Shown here one piece after another: positions 52,388 through 64,000 of a DNA stretch of 64,000 nucleotides (the first letter of the stretch is position 1; each line of letters opens with the position of its first letter). The notes under the pieces are model-generated. The model saw only the letters and a list, made by a program, of their open reading frames with translations. It had not been told where the DNA came from and ran no database searches. Both the position numbers and the translations under genes were made by a program. This DNA comes from Octopus sinensis (Eukaryota): the NCBI RefSeq assembly GCF_006345805.1, contig NC_043004.1:55056001-55120000 (forward strand). Direction: 5' to 3'.

Positions 52388-52705
52388 AATTTTTTTATTT
52401 TTATTTTTATTTTTATTTTTATTTTTATTTTTATTTTTTATATTTTTTTTTATTTTCTATTTTTTATTTTTTATTTTTTATTTTTTATTTTTATCTCCCT
52501 ATCTAATTTAACACTGACTCCTTGACCACTCCCCCAAGTATGATTTTTTGCGCTATGCCTACCCCCAAAAAGTCCCCCAACCAACACCCCTTTAAACCTG
52601 CCTAAATGTATAAATGCCAATACAATTCTTGTTAACTAGCTTCCTGAAGATTTCTCTTGAATGAAACAGTTCTAGTCCTGTAGAAGCTCCTTCTATATAA
52701 TAAAT
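49801..52705 (+). mobile_element. 5'-truncated Penelope-like element (right arm of palindrome)
   Basis: Reads QTTLAAHIWYLKRNSIPFKTKWKLLQKARSYTGGHTCCDLCISESLEIL..KGPLLNKISEHSPNCMHKK, matching the PLE GIY-YIG C-terminus (T.L..HIW.LK..W.IL....Y......C.LC..E..IL....LLN..SE....C.H). A microsatellite-mosaic 3' region and a hammerhead follow. Confidence 0.85.
52638..52688 (+). ncRNA. Type-I hammerhead ribozyme motif (sense to ALG14 pre-mRNA)
   Basis: agcttc | CTGAAGA | t-ttc-tctt-gaa-t | GAAA | cag-ttctagtc-ctg | TA | gaagct. Stem I 6 bp, stem II 3 bp, stem III 4 bp, GUA triplet with predicted cut after 52682. Confidence 0.75.
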
Positions 52706-52835
52706 ATATATATATAATATATATATATATATATCTATATATATATATATATAATATATATATAGATATATATATATAATATATATATATATATACACAT
52801 TATATATATAATATATATATATATATATAATACAC

Positions 52836-52882
<47 letters not shown>

Positions 52883-53320
52883 TATATATATATATATATA
52901 TATCTATATATATATATCCACATATATATATATATATCTATATATATCATATATATACACATATATATTATATATATATATATATTATATATATATATAT
53001 ACCACAATATACACACTATATATATATATATTATATATATATATATACACATATATAACACATATATATATATATATATATAATAACCAACTATATATAC
53101 ACATATATATATATAAATATATAATATATATATATACACTATATATCATATATATATATATATAGATATATATATATATATACCATATATATACAATATC
53201 ATATATATATATATCACATATATACACATATATATATATATAATATATTTATATACATATATATAATATCTATATAATATATATATATATACACATATTA
53301 GAATATATATATATATATAT

Positions 53321-53363
<43 letters not shown>

Positions 53364-54244
53364 TGTATGTGTGTGTATTTATCTTTGTGTCTTTCACCCC
53401 ACTGCTTGACAACTGGTGTTGGTTTATGTCCCTGTAAGTTAGCACTTTAGTTAAAGAGACTGCTAGAATAAGCACCAGAATGAAAGAAAATAAATACTGG
53501 GATTAGTTTGTTTGACTAAAAAGCTTTCAAAGTGGTGCCCCAGCATGGCTGCAGTCTGATGACTGAATCGCTTACAAGATAAAAGATAATGTTGCAGATG
53601 GCTGTAGTAATAGTGTTTTAATGAGAGGTAAAAATGATTCAAGGAGCTGTTACATATGTTCTTTTCTACTCTTGGCACAAAACCCAAAATTGTAAAGGAG
53701 GAGTCCAGTTGATTATATCGACCCCAGTATGCAACTGGTTCTTAATTTATTGACCCCGAAAGGATGGAAGGCAAAGTCATCCTTGGTGGAGTTTGAACTC
53801 GGAACGTAGACAGATGAAATACCACTAAGCTTTTCGCCTTGTGTGCTAACATTTCTGCCAGCTCACCACCTTAGCTGTTACATATATTCTTTACTCTTTT
53901 ACTTGTTTCAGTCATTTGACTGTGGCCATACTGGAGCACCACCTTTAGTCAAGCAAATTGACCCCAGGACTTATTCTTTGTAAGCCTAGTACTTTTTCTA
54001 TCGGTCTCTTTTGCCAAACCGCTAAGTTATGGGGGACAAACACAGACACACAAACATGCACACACACACACACACATACATATATATATACACATATATA
54101 TGACGGGCTTCTTTCAGTTTCCATTTACCAAATCCACTCACAAGGCTTTGGTCAGCCTGTTGACAAAAAAAGGGTCTTCCTTCATTGTGAAAGATAAACT
54201 CTATGAAGCATGTGTAAGAAGTGTGGTGGTTTATGGTAGTGAAA

Positions 54245-54700
54245 GGCGGCGAGGTGGCAGAATCGTTAGCACACCGGGCAAAATGCTTTGCAGTATTTCG
54301 TCTGCCGCTATGTTCTGAGTTCAAATTCCGCCAAGGTCGACTGCCTTTCATCCTTTCGGGGTCGATTAAATAAGTACCTATTTCCTTACTACCCACGAGG
54401 GGACAAACAAGGACGGACAAACGGATTAAGTCGATTACATCGACCCCAGTGCGTAACTGGTACTTAATTTATCGACCCCGAAAGGATGAAAGGCAAAGTC
54501 GACCTCGGCGAAATTTGAACTCAGACGAAATACAGCTCAGCATTTCGCCCAATGTGCTAATGATTCTACCAGCTCGCTGCCCTTCAATTAAATAAGTACC
54601 AGTAACGCATTGGGGTCGATGTAATCGACTTAATCCGTGTGTCTGTCCTTGTTTGTCCCCACTGTGTTTAGCCCCTTGTAGGTAGTAAAGAAATAGGAAT
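54245..54700 (+). mobile_element. SINE family B interrupted by an inverted family B copy
   Basis: Minus copy at 54379-54586 flanked by the 14-bp TSD attaaataagtacc (54365-54378 and 54587-54600). Confidence 0.85.
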
Positions 54701-54947
54701 ATGGTAGTGAAATATGAGATATTGAACGTAGATGATGTGTAGACGTTGGAGAGAAATGATGTATGTGTAATCTGTTGAATGTGTAATGTTTAGTTACATG
54801 TGATGTATGCTGGTGAGTCGATCACTGGAGCTGATTTGGGAAGTGAATGGATGAATGATTGTGTTGGGAGTGGAAAAGGGACTTCATGTTCACATCAGAT
54901 ATCACTATAATGATGTAAACAGAGAATATTGTTTTATGAAATATACT

Positions 54948-56845
54948 GTAGGCGCAGGAGTGGCTGTGTGGTAAGTAGCTTGTTTACCAACCACATGGTT
55001 CTGGGTTCAGTCCCACTGCGTGGAACCTTGGGCAAGTGTCTTCTACTATAGCCTCAGGCCAACCAAAGCCTTGTGAGTGGATTTGGTAGACAGAAACTGA
55101 AAGAAGCCCGTCGTATATATGTATCTCTCTATATAAACGGCAGTTTGTCTGTGCGTGTTTCTGTGTGTCTGTTTGCTTGTACCCTCACCCTGACCACGGC
55201 TTTCAACCGATTCTGATGAAACTTGACACACACATAGCCCAATGTTATAATTCAAAACTAACGCAGCGAAAATTTTGAAAAGTTCCCCCAGTTCTGAAAA
55301 AAATCGATAAATTCAACATGGGGTCGAGAATCAGAAACACAAACCGCAAACTGTCTAGGGGACGCAACTCCACCTTTTTTAACTAAAAAAAAATTTACCA
55401 TCATTTTTTTCCATTTTTTTGCTATGTTTTGGCTATAACTCTCTAAAAATGCTTTATAGTTATTTCCCTTACAAACCTGAGCAACGCCGGGCGATACTGA
55501 TAGTAATATATATGTGTGTGTGTGTGTCTGTGTGTGTGTCTGTGTGTCTGTCAGGTTGTACCTCACCCTGACCACGGCTTTCAACCCATTCTGATGAAAC
55601 TGACACACACATAGCCCAATGTCATAATTCAAAATAACTAACGAACCGAAAAGTTTGGAAAGTTCCCACAGTTCTGAAAAAAATTGATAAATTCGACATG
55701 GGGTCGAGAATCTGTTGTAGTTTTCGCAACTTGCAATCGATTTTTCACCAAACTCATGGTGAAGCTTAATGTTACCCTAAGAAACTTAATTCTGACGTTA
55801 GTTTTCCATGCAATACCTACCATCAGAAAAAATCGATAAAATTATGCCATTTTGGGAATCGCGTTCAAATTCAAGATGACATATTATCTACAATATCTTT
55901 CACAAATTGGCAGGAATTTTTTTTTTAAATTCACAACGAGCATCATGTCTGCCCCAAGGAGCTATATGGCCCTTTTTATTCCAATAGGATACTTTATTAC
56001 TGGAAAAAATCGGTTAATTAAATCATATGTGGCACACATAGCAAACCGATTTGTGTATTAAACACAAAGAACAGACTGTCTAGGGGACGCAACTCGACCT
56101 TTTTAACTCTCGCAACACGGGTAATTATCCCAAAATGTATAAAAATGTACAAAAACGGCAAAAACGGGCAGCAATGTGAGTGACAAGAACGAAAAAGTGA
56201 AAAGTGACCAAACTGAATGGAAAAGGTTTTTTGGTGCACACGACAAAAGCGGTTTATACTAAACCAAGAGTTTGCAAGTAGCGTCCGAGGACCCTTAGGG
56301 TACGTCAAAAATTTAAGTTAAAACGTTGGGGGTGGGTAGTTATAAAGAAAGTTTAAACAAAAAAAAGTATTCGAATAACTTGCGGCTGCAGCAGAGCTAT
56401 TAGCAGAAGTGGCGGTTGATGGGGTAAAGTCTCGAATGTAATTTCTTCCTGGTAGGAATTGGTTGGGTTGCATTATCGATAGCTGTTTGATAGTTATTGG
56501 GAGTGGAAGAGAAGACATTGCAACCTACACATGCGCCTTCGTTCCCTAGAGGGAAAGGACTAGATTGAGATTAGTCGTTGCCTACTAGGGGCTCTTACAT
56601 ACCCAGGCAACGCCGGGCTATACTGCTAGTATATATATATATATGCGTGTCTGTGTTTGTCCCCCTAGCATTGCTTGACAACCGATGCTGCTGTGTCCCT
56701 GTTACTTAGCGGTTTGGCAAAAGAGACCAATAGAATAAGTACTGGGCTTACAAAAGAATAAGTCCCGGGGTCGAGTTGCTCGATTAAAGGCGGTGCTCCA
56801 GCATGGCCGCAGTCAAATGACTGAAACAAGTAAAAGAGTAAAGAG
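54948..56845 (+). mobile_element. SINE family A split by a Helitron insertion
   Basis: 5' half at 54948-55123; the 3' half resumes at 56630 after CTAG. Confidence 0.8.
55124..56629 (+). mobile_element. Composite non-autonomous Helitron
   Basis: Inserted A|TC ... CTAG|T with no TSD. Subterminal GC hairpin cccaggcaacgccggg at ~56602-56617. An internal second terminator at ~55477-55503 and a duplicated 5' module at ~55520-55711. Confidence 0.8.
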
Positions 56846-58454
56846 TATATTCATAAAGGAGTTGATATATTGTGTTTATCAATAATATGAGGTGGTGAGC
56901 TGGCAGAATCGTTAGCACACTGGGCAAAATGCTTTGCAGCATTTCGTCCATCTTTACGTTCTGAGTTCAAATTCTACCAAGGTTGACTTTGCCTTCCATC
57001 CTTTTGGAGTCATTAAAATAAGTACCAATTGAGCACTGGGGTTGATATAATTGACTTAGCCCTTCTCCTGAAATTGCTGGACTTGTACCAAAATTTGAAA
57101 CCAATAACATAGGAAATGTGTTAGGTGCCGACTTGGCTATGTTATTGAGAAGTTGGTTTCCCAACTATGTGGTTTCAAGTTCAATCCCACTGTGTAGCAC
57201 CTGGGGCCAGTGTCTTCTGCTTTAGCCCTGATCAACCAAAGTCTTGTGTATGGATTTGATAGATGGTAACTGGAAGAAGCCCATCATGTGTGTCGGTGTC
57301 GCCACCTATTTTGATTTCGTGTAATAGTTGTAAATGATTGTCACTATGATACAAGCAGTGTCATTCAATACTTACAATACTTACAAATTTACCATAGTCT
57401 ACTCCTCCAAAAGAAAAAAAAAGGTAAAAACACAATGAAAACCACCACCACCTCTATAATTCACAAAGAAGATCAGAATCATTTGCACCAAATTGTAAAA
57501 ACTGATCACTTATTTTTCACAACAAATATTGAAGCAACAACGCCAAACAATAAATTTGTGTAACATGGAGCACACAGTAATATAGTGTTTCGATTCTTGA
57601 TTGCTCTTCTGTCAAAGCAGACACCTTCTTATGTTTGGAAGAACGAGCTGTGTGACCAACTTCACCACAAACAGAACAACTTGGGTTGGGATGTTTCGAA
57701 GCAATTGCTGGATGTGACACGACAGACATTCTTCTGAAGATGTCATGGATGTTATCTTTGCTTGAAAGCTGGTGAGATCTTGCAGATAATCATTTTTAAC
57801 CGCAATACACCAAAAAGGCAATTTTGGTCGATATGCCCTGATTTGGTTATTTTAACCCAGACCCCCATAAACGAAGAAAAAACAAATGATTTTGGTTCTA
57901 ACTAGCAGAGTCGTTAGCACACTGGTCGAAATGCTTAGCTGTATTTCGTCTGCCGTTACGTTGTGAGTTCAAATTCCACCGAGGTCGACTTTGCCTTTCA
58001 TCCTTTCGGGGTCAATAAAATTAAGTACCAGTTACGCACTGGGGTCAGTGTAATCGACTTAATCCGTCTGTCTGTCCTTGTTTGTCCACTCTATGTTTAG
58101 CCCCTTGTGGGTAATAAAGAAATAGGTTACAGCTGATAACCCTTAAAATTGTGGTTCAAACAAGCCCTCAGCCACTATCAGGTGATTATTTTAACCCGAG
58201 ATACAATTTTTTCCCTGAATTAGCCAATCTGGGCACAATGTGTAATGTTTTAAAGAGGTCAGGACATTTTGGATAGTGATTTGGTTTGAGATATAGAATA
58301 AAGGTGAGATGGTCATGAATAGAATGCCTTCAGAGACAGGTTTACTCAATTTGGGTTGTGAGTTAATAAACATCAATATCGAGTTATGTAAAATATTTCA
58401 GCATGATAAATTCTCATCTTATTTAACTGTCCTGTTTTTTTTTCTGTTGACCAG

Positions 58455-58609
58455 GGGGTCACACAATGGAGATGATACGTCTGTTGAGTGGACTCACTGA
58501 AAAATATTATCCACGCCACTATGTTGTTGCAAGCTCGGACAAGTTTAGTGATACCAAGATAGAAGAATTTGAACAGAGGCGCTCATTATGTGCTGGAGGA
58601 GATAAAGCT
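58455..58609 (+). CDS. ALG14: ALG14 coding exon 2
   Basis: Acceptor tttttttctgttgaccag|, donor GCT|gtaagt. It completes the phase-1 codon of exon 1 and reads GGHTMEMIRLLSGLTEKYYPRHYVVASSDKFSDTKIEEFEQRRSLCAGGDKA, matching the ALG14 GGHT.E..RLL..L...Y.PRHYV.A.SD..S..K motif. Exits in phase 0, as I recall for vertebrate ALG14 exon 2. Confidence 0.95.
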
Positions 58610-60271
58610 GTAAGTTACATCCTTTTTTTTTTTTATATTATGCTATTGTATTAATAATAATAGTTTTGATGGTTGTTGTTCTTGATGTTGTTACTGCTGT
58701 TATTGATGCTGTTCTGTGAATGAAATAAATGTCCTCATATCTGTTCAATTAAAACATTCTACTTTCAAAATCTTCTAATCATTTGCTTTTATAGTCATTG
58801 ACTACATTGCTTTCCGTATTACCTATATGATCACATCATTCTCTTTCCCAATGCGAGTTGCCATGTAGCTCCTCTACAAGAATCTACTCAACCTCAAACC
58901 CTTCTTTTATACTGTAACCGCCCCCATCTGGCATAAAATCACCCCACCCACTCCCATTCCACAGGTTTTGTAAACTTGTGAGTTGCATGTTGATCTCATT
59001 AGTGTTGGCCACATGAAAAGTTGTTGGCATCAAGAAGGGCACCTTGCTACAGAAACGCAGACACTGGAGCATGATGTGGTTCTTGGACCCATCAAATCCT
59101 GTCAAACCATCTCACCCATGAAACCTGGGCATTAAATTATGATGAAGACATATAATTAGCTGCCTCTCTCTCTCAGTCTTGGATCTCTTGTCAGTTGCCT
59201 CATCAATCCTCCAACTGTCTACAGTTGGGGATATTATTCTATAGGGAGAAGGCCTGAATTGATTTTTTTTTGTATTCATTGGATCCTTGTCAACTATAGG
59301 TGCAGACATAGCTGTACTCTCTTTACTCTTTTACTCTTTTACTTGTTTCAGTCATTTGACTGCGGCCATGCTGGAGCATTGCCTTTAATCGAGCAACTCG
59401 ACCCCGGGACTTATTCTTTTGTAAGCCCAGTACTTATTCTATCGGTCTCTTTTGCCGAACTGCTAAGTAACGGGGACATAAACACACCAGCATCGGTTGT
59501 CAAGCAATACTAGGGAGACAAACACACACACACATACATACACATATATATATATATATACATATATACGACAGGCTTCTTTCAGTTTCCGTCTACCAAA
59601 TCCACTCACAAGGCATTGGTCGGCCCGAGGCTATAGTAGAAGACACTTGCCCAAGGTGCCACGCAGTGGGACTGAACCCGGAACCATGTGGTTGGTAAGC
59701 AAGCTACTTACCACATAGCCACTCCTGCGCCTATGGTTAAGAAGTTTGCTTCCCAACCATGCGGTCTTGGGGTTCAGTCACAATGTGCAGCACCTCAGGT
59801 GAGTGCCTTCTACTGTAGCTCTGAGCCAACCAAAGCCTTGTGAGTGGAGTTGGTAGATAGAAACTGAAAGAAGCCCACCGTGTGTGTGTGGGGGGTATAT
59901 TTGTCTACCCTCCACCACTACTTGACTACTGGTGTTTGTTTATTTATGTCCTCATAACAGTTTAGCAAAGGAAAAAAAAGTACTGGGGTCAATATGCTTG
60001 ACTAAGCTGTTGATGGTGGTGCCCCAGCATGACCTCATTCTAATGACTGAAACAAGTAAAATATAGAAGATAAAAAAAAGATATACCAGTCCTTAATTCT
60101 GACTGACAGAAGTACTTAACATATCACAGGAGTGGTTCTGCATTTAGGGCATAAGTGCAGATTTCATTTACATAGTTATCTATCTGTCTAAATATCTACC
60201 TTTGTATTTATCTATTTGTCTCTCTGTTTATATTTGTATGTATAGTATGTGTGAGTGTGTGTGTGTGTGTA

Positions 60272-60715
60272 TACACAGAGTGCGATGAGTATTTTTAATT
60301 TCATGCATGTGCATTGTTTGTTTTTGATTTTGTCGACTGCACGGTATAGTAGGGTCAGTTGGGCACTGTCTGTAAGAAAAACAACACATGACGCAATTCA
60401 CTCTGCCAGAAATTTGGAAATGCTGTACTGCTTGGCATTCATGCCAGAAGCTCCAATATTAACGTTTCAGAGTGTTTGGGCGTCAATCTGAGGACTTGTA
60501 CTGAGAATGATAAAAATCAAACATCCAGTCAACATTATGGTGTTTGGAGTGATAACTAGTGATGGCGACATTATGCCTCTATTATCTTGAAATACTAAAG
60601 AGTAAATTTATTCAATAAAATGACCATTGGCTTCAGCCACAGCCTCCAGATGATTTCAGAATCTCCTGCAACTTTTCTGGACAATATCCTTTTTTAAGTT
60701 GGTGAATGCTGTAAT
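60272..60715. mobile_element. Second maT-like remnant with an inverted 3' piece
   Basis: 60272-60580 matches 36262-36590 in + orientation. ~60580-60715 matches ~36890-37015 in reverse. Confidence 0.7.
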
Positions 60716-61175
60716 GTTTCTTTTATTTTCTTACATTAAAAAATAAAAATCATATAGTGGCTGTGTGGTAAGTAGCTTGCTTACAAACCACATGGTTCTG
60801 GGTTCAGTCCCACTGCGTGACACCTTGGGCAAGTGTCTTCTACTATAGCCTCGGGCCGACCAAAGCCTTGTGAGTGGATTTGGTAGACGGAAACTGAAAG
60901 AAGCCTGTCGTATATATGTATATATATATATATGTATGTGTATGTGTATATGTTTGTGTGTCTGTGTTTGTCCCCCCAACATCACTTGACAACCGATGCT
61001 AGTGTGTTTACGTCCCTGTAACTTAGCGGTTCGGCAAAAGAGACCGAGAGAATAAGTACTAGGCTTACAAAGAATAAGTCCTAGGGTCGATTTGCTCGAC
61101 TAAAAGGTGGTGCTTCAGCATGGCCACAGTCAAATGACTGAAACAAGTAAAAGAGTATATATATATATATATATA

Positions 61176-61550
61176 CTAGCAGTATCGCCCAGCATTGCTC
61201 GATTTTGTTTCGACCCTTTAGAATTGGAATTTTTGAAAATTAAAAATTTTGCATTATGTAGCTTGTTATTCTCTTTAAGTGAACATCTTACTGGTTTGAA
61301 TACACCGAAAAATGGCAACACAGCAGTCAAAAAATCATAAAAGATAGAGATTTCCATAGAAAAAAAGCACCTTTTTGATGTAAATAATTTTTGGTCCTAA
61401 CATGCTCCGATTTGAATTTTTTCTTCTACAGAATGAAGAGCAATCTTTCTTCTATCATACTCTCAATTGTGGTCAACTTGCGCCGCAAGGTCTTGGAGGA
61501 GATAGTGTTAGTTAAAGGCTATCAAACCTGCCAACTTCAGCTTTATATAT
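61176..61550 (-). mobile_element. Non-autonomous Helitron-like element
   Basis: ctagcagtatcgcccagcattgctcg is the reverse complement of the 3' terminus type at ~55480-55503. Another HINE-like piece follows at ~61560-61835. Confidence 0.7.
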
Positions 61551-61869
61551 ATATATATTTTATTTTTCATGCAATTTACGCATACTTGCACGTGTGGTGA
61601 ACACAGTTCATGTCAAAAAGCTGACTGAGTAAAGTTCACTATTCAATTCATGGGATAAGGCCTAAACAAACACGTTATCGATTTTTGCACTTGCGAGATG
61701 AATTTCGGAACAGAAATAGCGCAGTTCAATTTTCACTCGCCTAAACTTTAAGTGACCCATTTTTGGTGGTTCTACGATTTGTTGGCTAGGAGGAGATGTG
61801 CCGGGAAGTTAAACACACAGACACACAAGTTGAGTTTTATATATATATATATATATATAGATATATATT

Positions 61870-62420
61870 GGTGCAAATGGTTTTGTTATACGGCATCAGG
61901 TTTTACAGTCCTGTAAATAATAATAATGGTATTTATATAAGCTTAAAGCTTATGTCAATCACTGTGCAATGGCTAAGGAAAATAGTTTAATAAAGGGGCA
62001 TTTAAGCCCTCGACAGAAAAAAGAAGGCTTTCCTATCTGCGTGGGACATGAACCAGCATAATCTCAGTTTAATGACTGAAACAAGTAAAAGATATGCCCC
62101 TTTATTAGACTATTTTCTTTAGCCATTGCACAGTGATTGCCAAAAGCTTTAAGCTTACATAAATACCGTTATTATTATTTACAGGATTGTAAAACACTGT
62201 GCTGAAACCATTTGTACCGAAAGCATATAGAGAGTTTGTTTACTTAAAACAAATACGAACTCATATAGTTCTTAAATTTGACAGAAACAGGGAGGCTAAT
62301 TTGCAGTGTAAAGGTAACACACTTAGTCACGTTAACAAAGGGATGTGGATTTATGTCTCACGTGGATAGGAAAGCCTTCTTTTTTCTGTCGAGGGTTTAT
62401 ATGCCCCTTTATTAAACTAC
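61870..62420. mobile_element. MITE-like element with nested inverted repeats
   Basis: ~61870-62000 is inverted at ~62095-62220, and ~61985-62055 is inverted at ~62350-62420. Confidence 0.65.
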
Positions 62421-63411
62421 ATACTATGCTGGCTTGTGTGCCCAAAAATATGGTACAAGACAGTAAGGTGTGATTTGAGGGAGATTTTGCTGCTACTTTT
62501 TGTTGGCAATGTGCCTTTCACCCTTTTGGGGTTGATAAAATAAGTGCCAGTTGAGTACTGGGGTTGATGTCATTGACTTACCTCCCCCCCCCGAAATTGC
62601 TGGCCTTGTACTAAAATTTGAAACCAATGTGAACATGTTGAGGCTTCTTTGTTACCCTTGAGAGTGTTTGCTTCTGGAGATAGCAGAAATGCTACTGCTG
62701 CTGCTGCTAGAGGTGTCTAGGTTGTTAAGTGGGTGTATCTGGCAGGTTATATACAGAACACATAACCTACATTGCTCATGCAGGCACTACAGTGACATTA
62801 CATTCAAAGACTGGATGGATGGAAAGGTGCTGGGCTGGGTAGATTGTTTGTGCTGTGGGGTGGGCACTTGGAGGATGTATTTGTGGAGTGGGAAATAAAG
62901 AAATGTGGTGATGGTAAGAGAAACAATGGTAATATAGTGTGGTGGGATGGTGGCGAGCTGGCAGAATCGTTAGCACGCCAGGCGAAATACGTAGCCGTAT
63001 TTTGTCTGCCGTTACGTTCTGAGTTCAAATTCCGCCGAGGTCAACTTTGTCTTTCATCCTTTCGGGGCCGAGAAATTAAGTACCAGTTACGCACTGATGT
63101 CGATATAATCAACTTAATCCATTTATCTGTCCTTGTTTGTCCCCTCCATGTTTAGCCCCTTGTGGGTAGAAAAAGAAATAGATAATATAGTGTGGTGACT
63201 GAGGGAAGAAAAAGAAGGCAACTAATGATTTGAGGATGGAGTGGGTAACTATACAGTGGTGGTGTAGGGGTTAGAACGACTAAGTACAATAAATACACAG
63301 TGGAGGTGCAGTTACTTAGAGACTGAAAGAGCTTGCCCAAGCTTTCATTTGCAAATGTCTGACTTACTTTATGGCTGTTATCTGTATTGTTTCTTTTCTC
63401 TCTACACTCTA

Positions 63412-63752
63412 CTAAAAGGTTAAAGATCCCTTTCAGTCATGAGTGACCATGAGATTGCACATAGAAAGTTCCCCTTTGAGGCACAAGTCTGGGCAAGGTT
63501 GCTTATTGCATACCAGCAATCACCCATGCATACCAGCATCCTCTCTCCACATCACCATTGATGTTACTCAAGGGAAAAGGCAAAGGGGCTGATACCAGAT
63601 TGGCACCAGTGACATGCGACTCATTTCCACAGCTGAACGAACTGGAGCAATGTGAAATAAAGTGTCTTGCTTGTGATTTCCAGTCTGGAAATCAAACTTA
63701 CTACCTCATGATTGCGCGCCCGATGCGCTAGCAACTGAGCCATGCTCCTTCA
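63412..63752 (-). mobile_element. Another CORE-like tRNA SINE family
   Basis: Minus strand: gaaggagcatggctcagttgctagc head, caagcaagacactttatttcac core, gggatctttaaccttt tail. Confidence 0.65.
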
Positions 63753-64000
63753 CACTCTACTATATACAGATATATATATATATATATATATCAATTAATC
63801 TCTCAATTCTGGAGAATTTCTTTTGTTACCATATTTCTGTTGAACTGCATTGTAATTACTTCAACTATTTATTAAGCTGGTAATTGGAACATAAATTAAC
63901 ATGAAATTTAAAAAAGGAAATTTTAATTTAGAAGTAGTTGATAGCTTCCGTTACTTAGGTGACCAAGTCAGGTGTGCTGAAAGTGTAGCTGAAAGTGTAG

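Noticed and set aside
55205-55235. ctgatgaaac as a hammerhead core
   Set aside because: No stem II between CTGATGA and GAAA; it is an internal Helitron/HINE motif.
57517-57729. Zinc-knuckle-like CSVCGEVGHTARSS ORF as a gene
   Set aside because: Short, incomplete CCHC with no other domains; most likely a DNA-transposon remnant that I cannot classify.
58610-64000. ALG14 exon 3 (expected IPRSREV.QS-like motif)
   Set aside because: Not found by eye in any + frame; presumably beyond the window end.
1-64000. CRISPR arrays, rRNA genes, prokaryotic operons
   Set aside because: No regularly spaced repeat-spacer array or rRNA-like sequence; the DNA is eukaryotic with spliceosomal introns.

Overview
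AT-rich, microsatellite-dense eukaryotic DNA. The SINE, LINE and MITE repertoire resembles a coleoid cephalopod, most likely an Octopus species (inference). One host gene is well supported: ALG14 on the + strand, with coding exon 1 at 40983-41160 and exon 2 at 58455-58609, separated by a 17.3-kb intron; later exons lie beyond the window. Most of the rest is transposon-derived. It includes a full-length RTE LINE whose frameshifts are single-base indels in or next to homopolymer runs (possibly intact), R4/Dong-like and CR1-like LINE fragments, a 5'-truncated Ty3/Gypsy element with its 3' LTR, Penelope-like fragments, mariner and maT derivatives, non-autonomous Helitrons, several tRNA-derived SINE families and a U2 snRNA pseudogene. 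Two structures stand out. (1) A ~5.75-kb near-perfect palindrome inside ALG14 intron 1, built from two head-to-head Penelope-like 3' halves, each ending in an identical type-I hammerhead ribozyme motif. (2) A small element family, three copies here, that joins a Pol III tRNA-like head to a minimal hammerhead motif. There is a 100-N gap at 16527-16626. Homopolymer-deletion patterns suggest long-read consensus errors. Repeat coordinates are approximate (tens of bp) unless a TSD, TIR or splice site is cited. No searches or folding programs were run.
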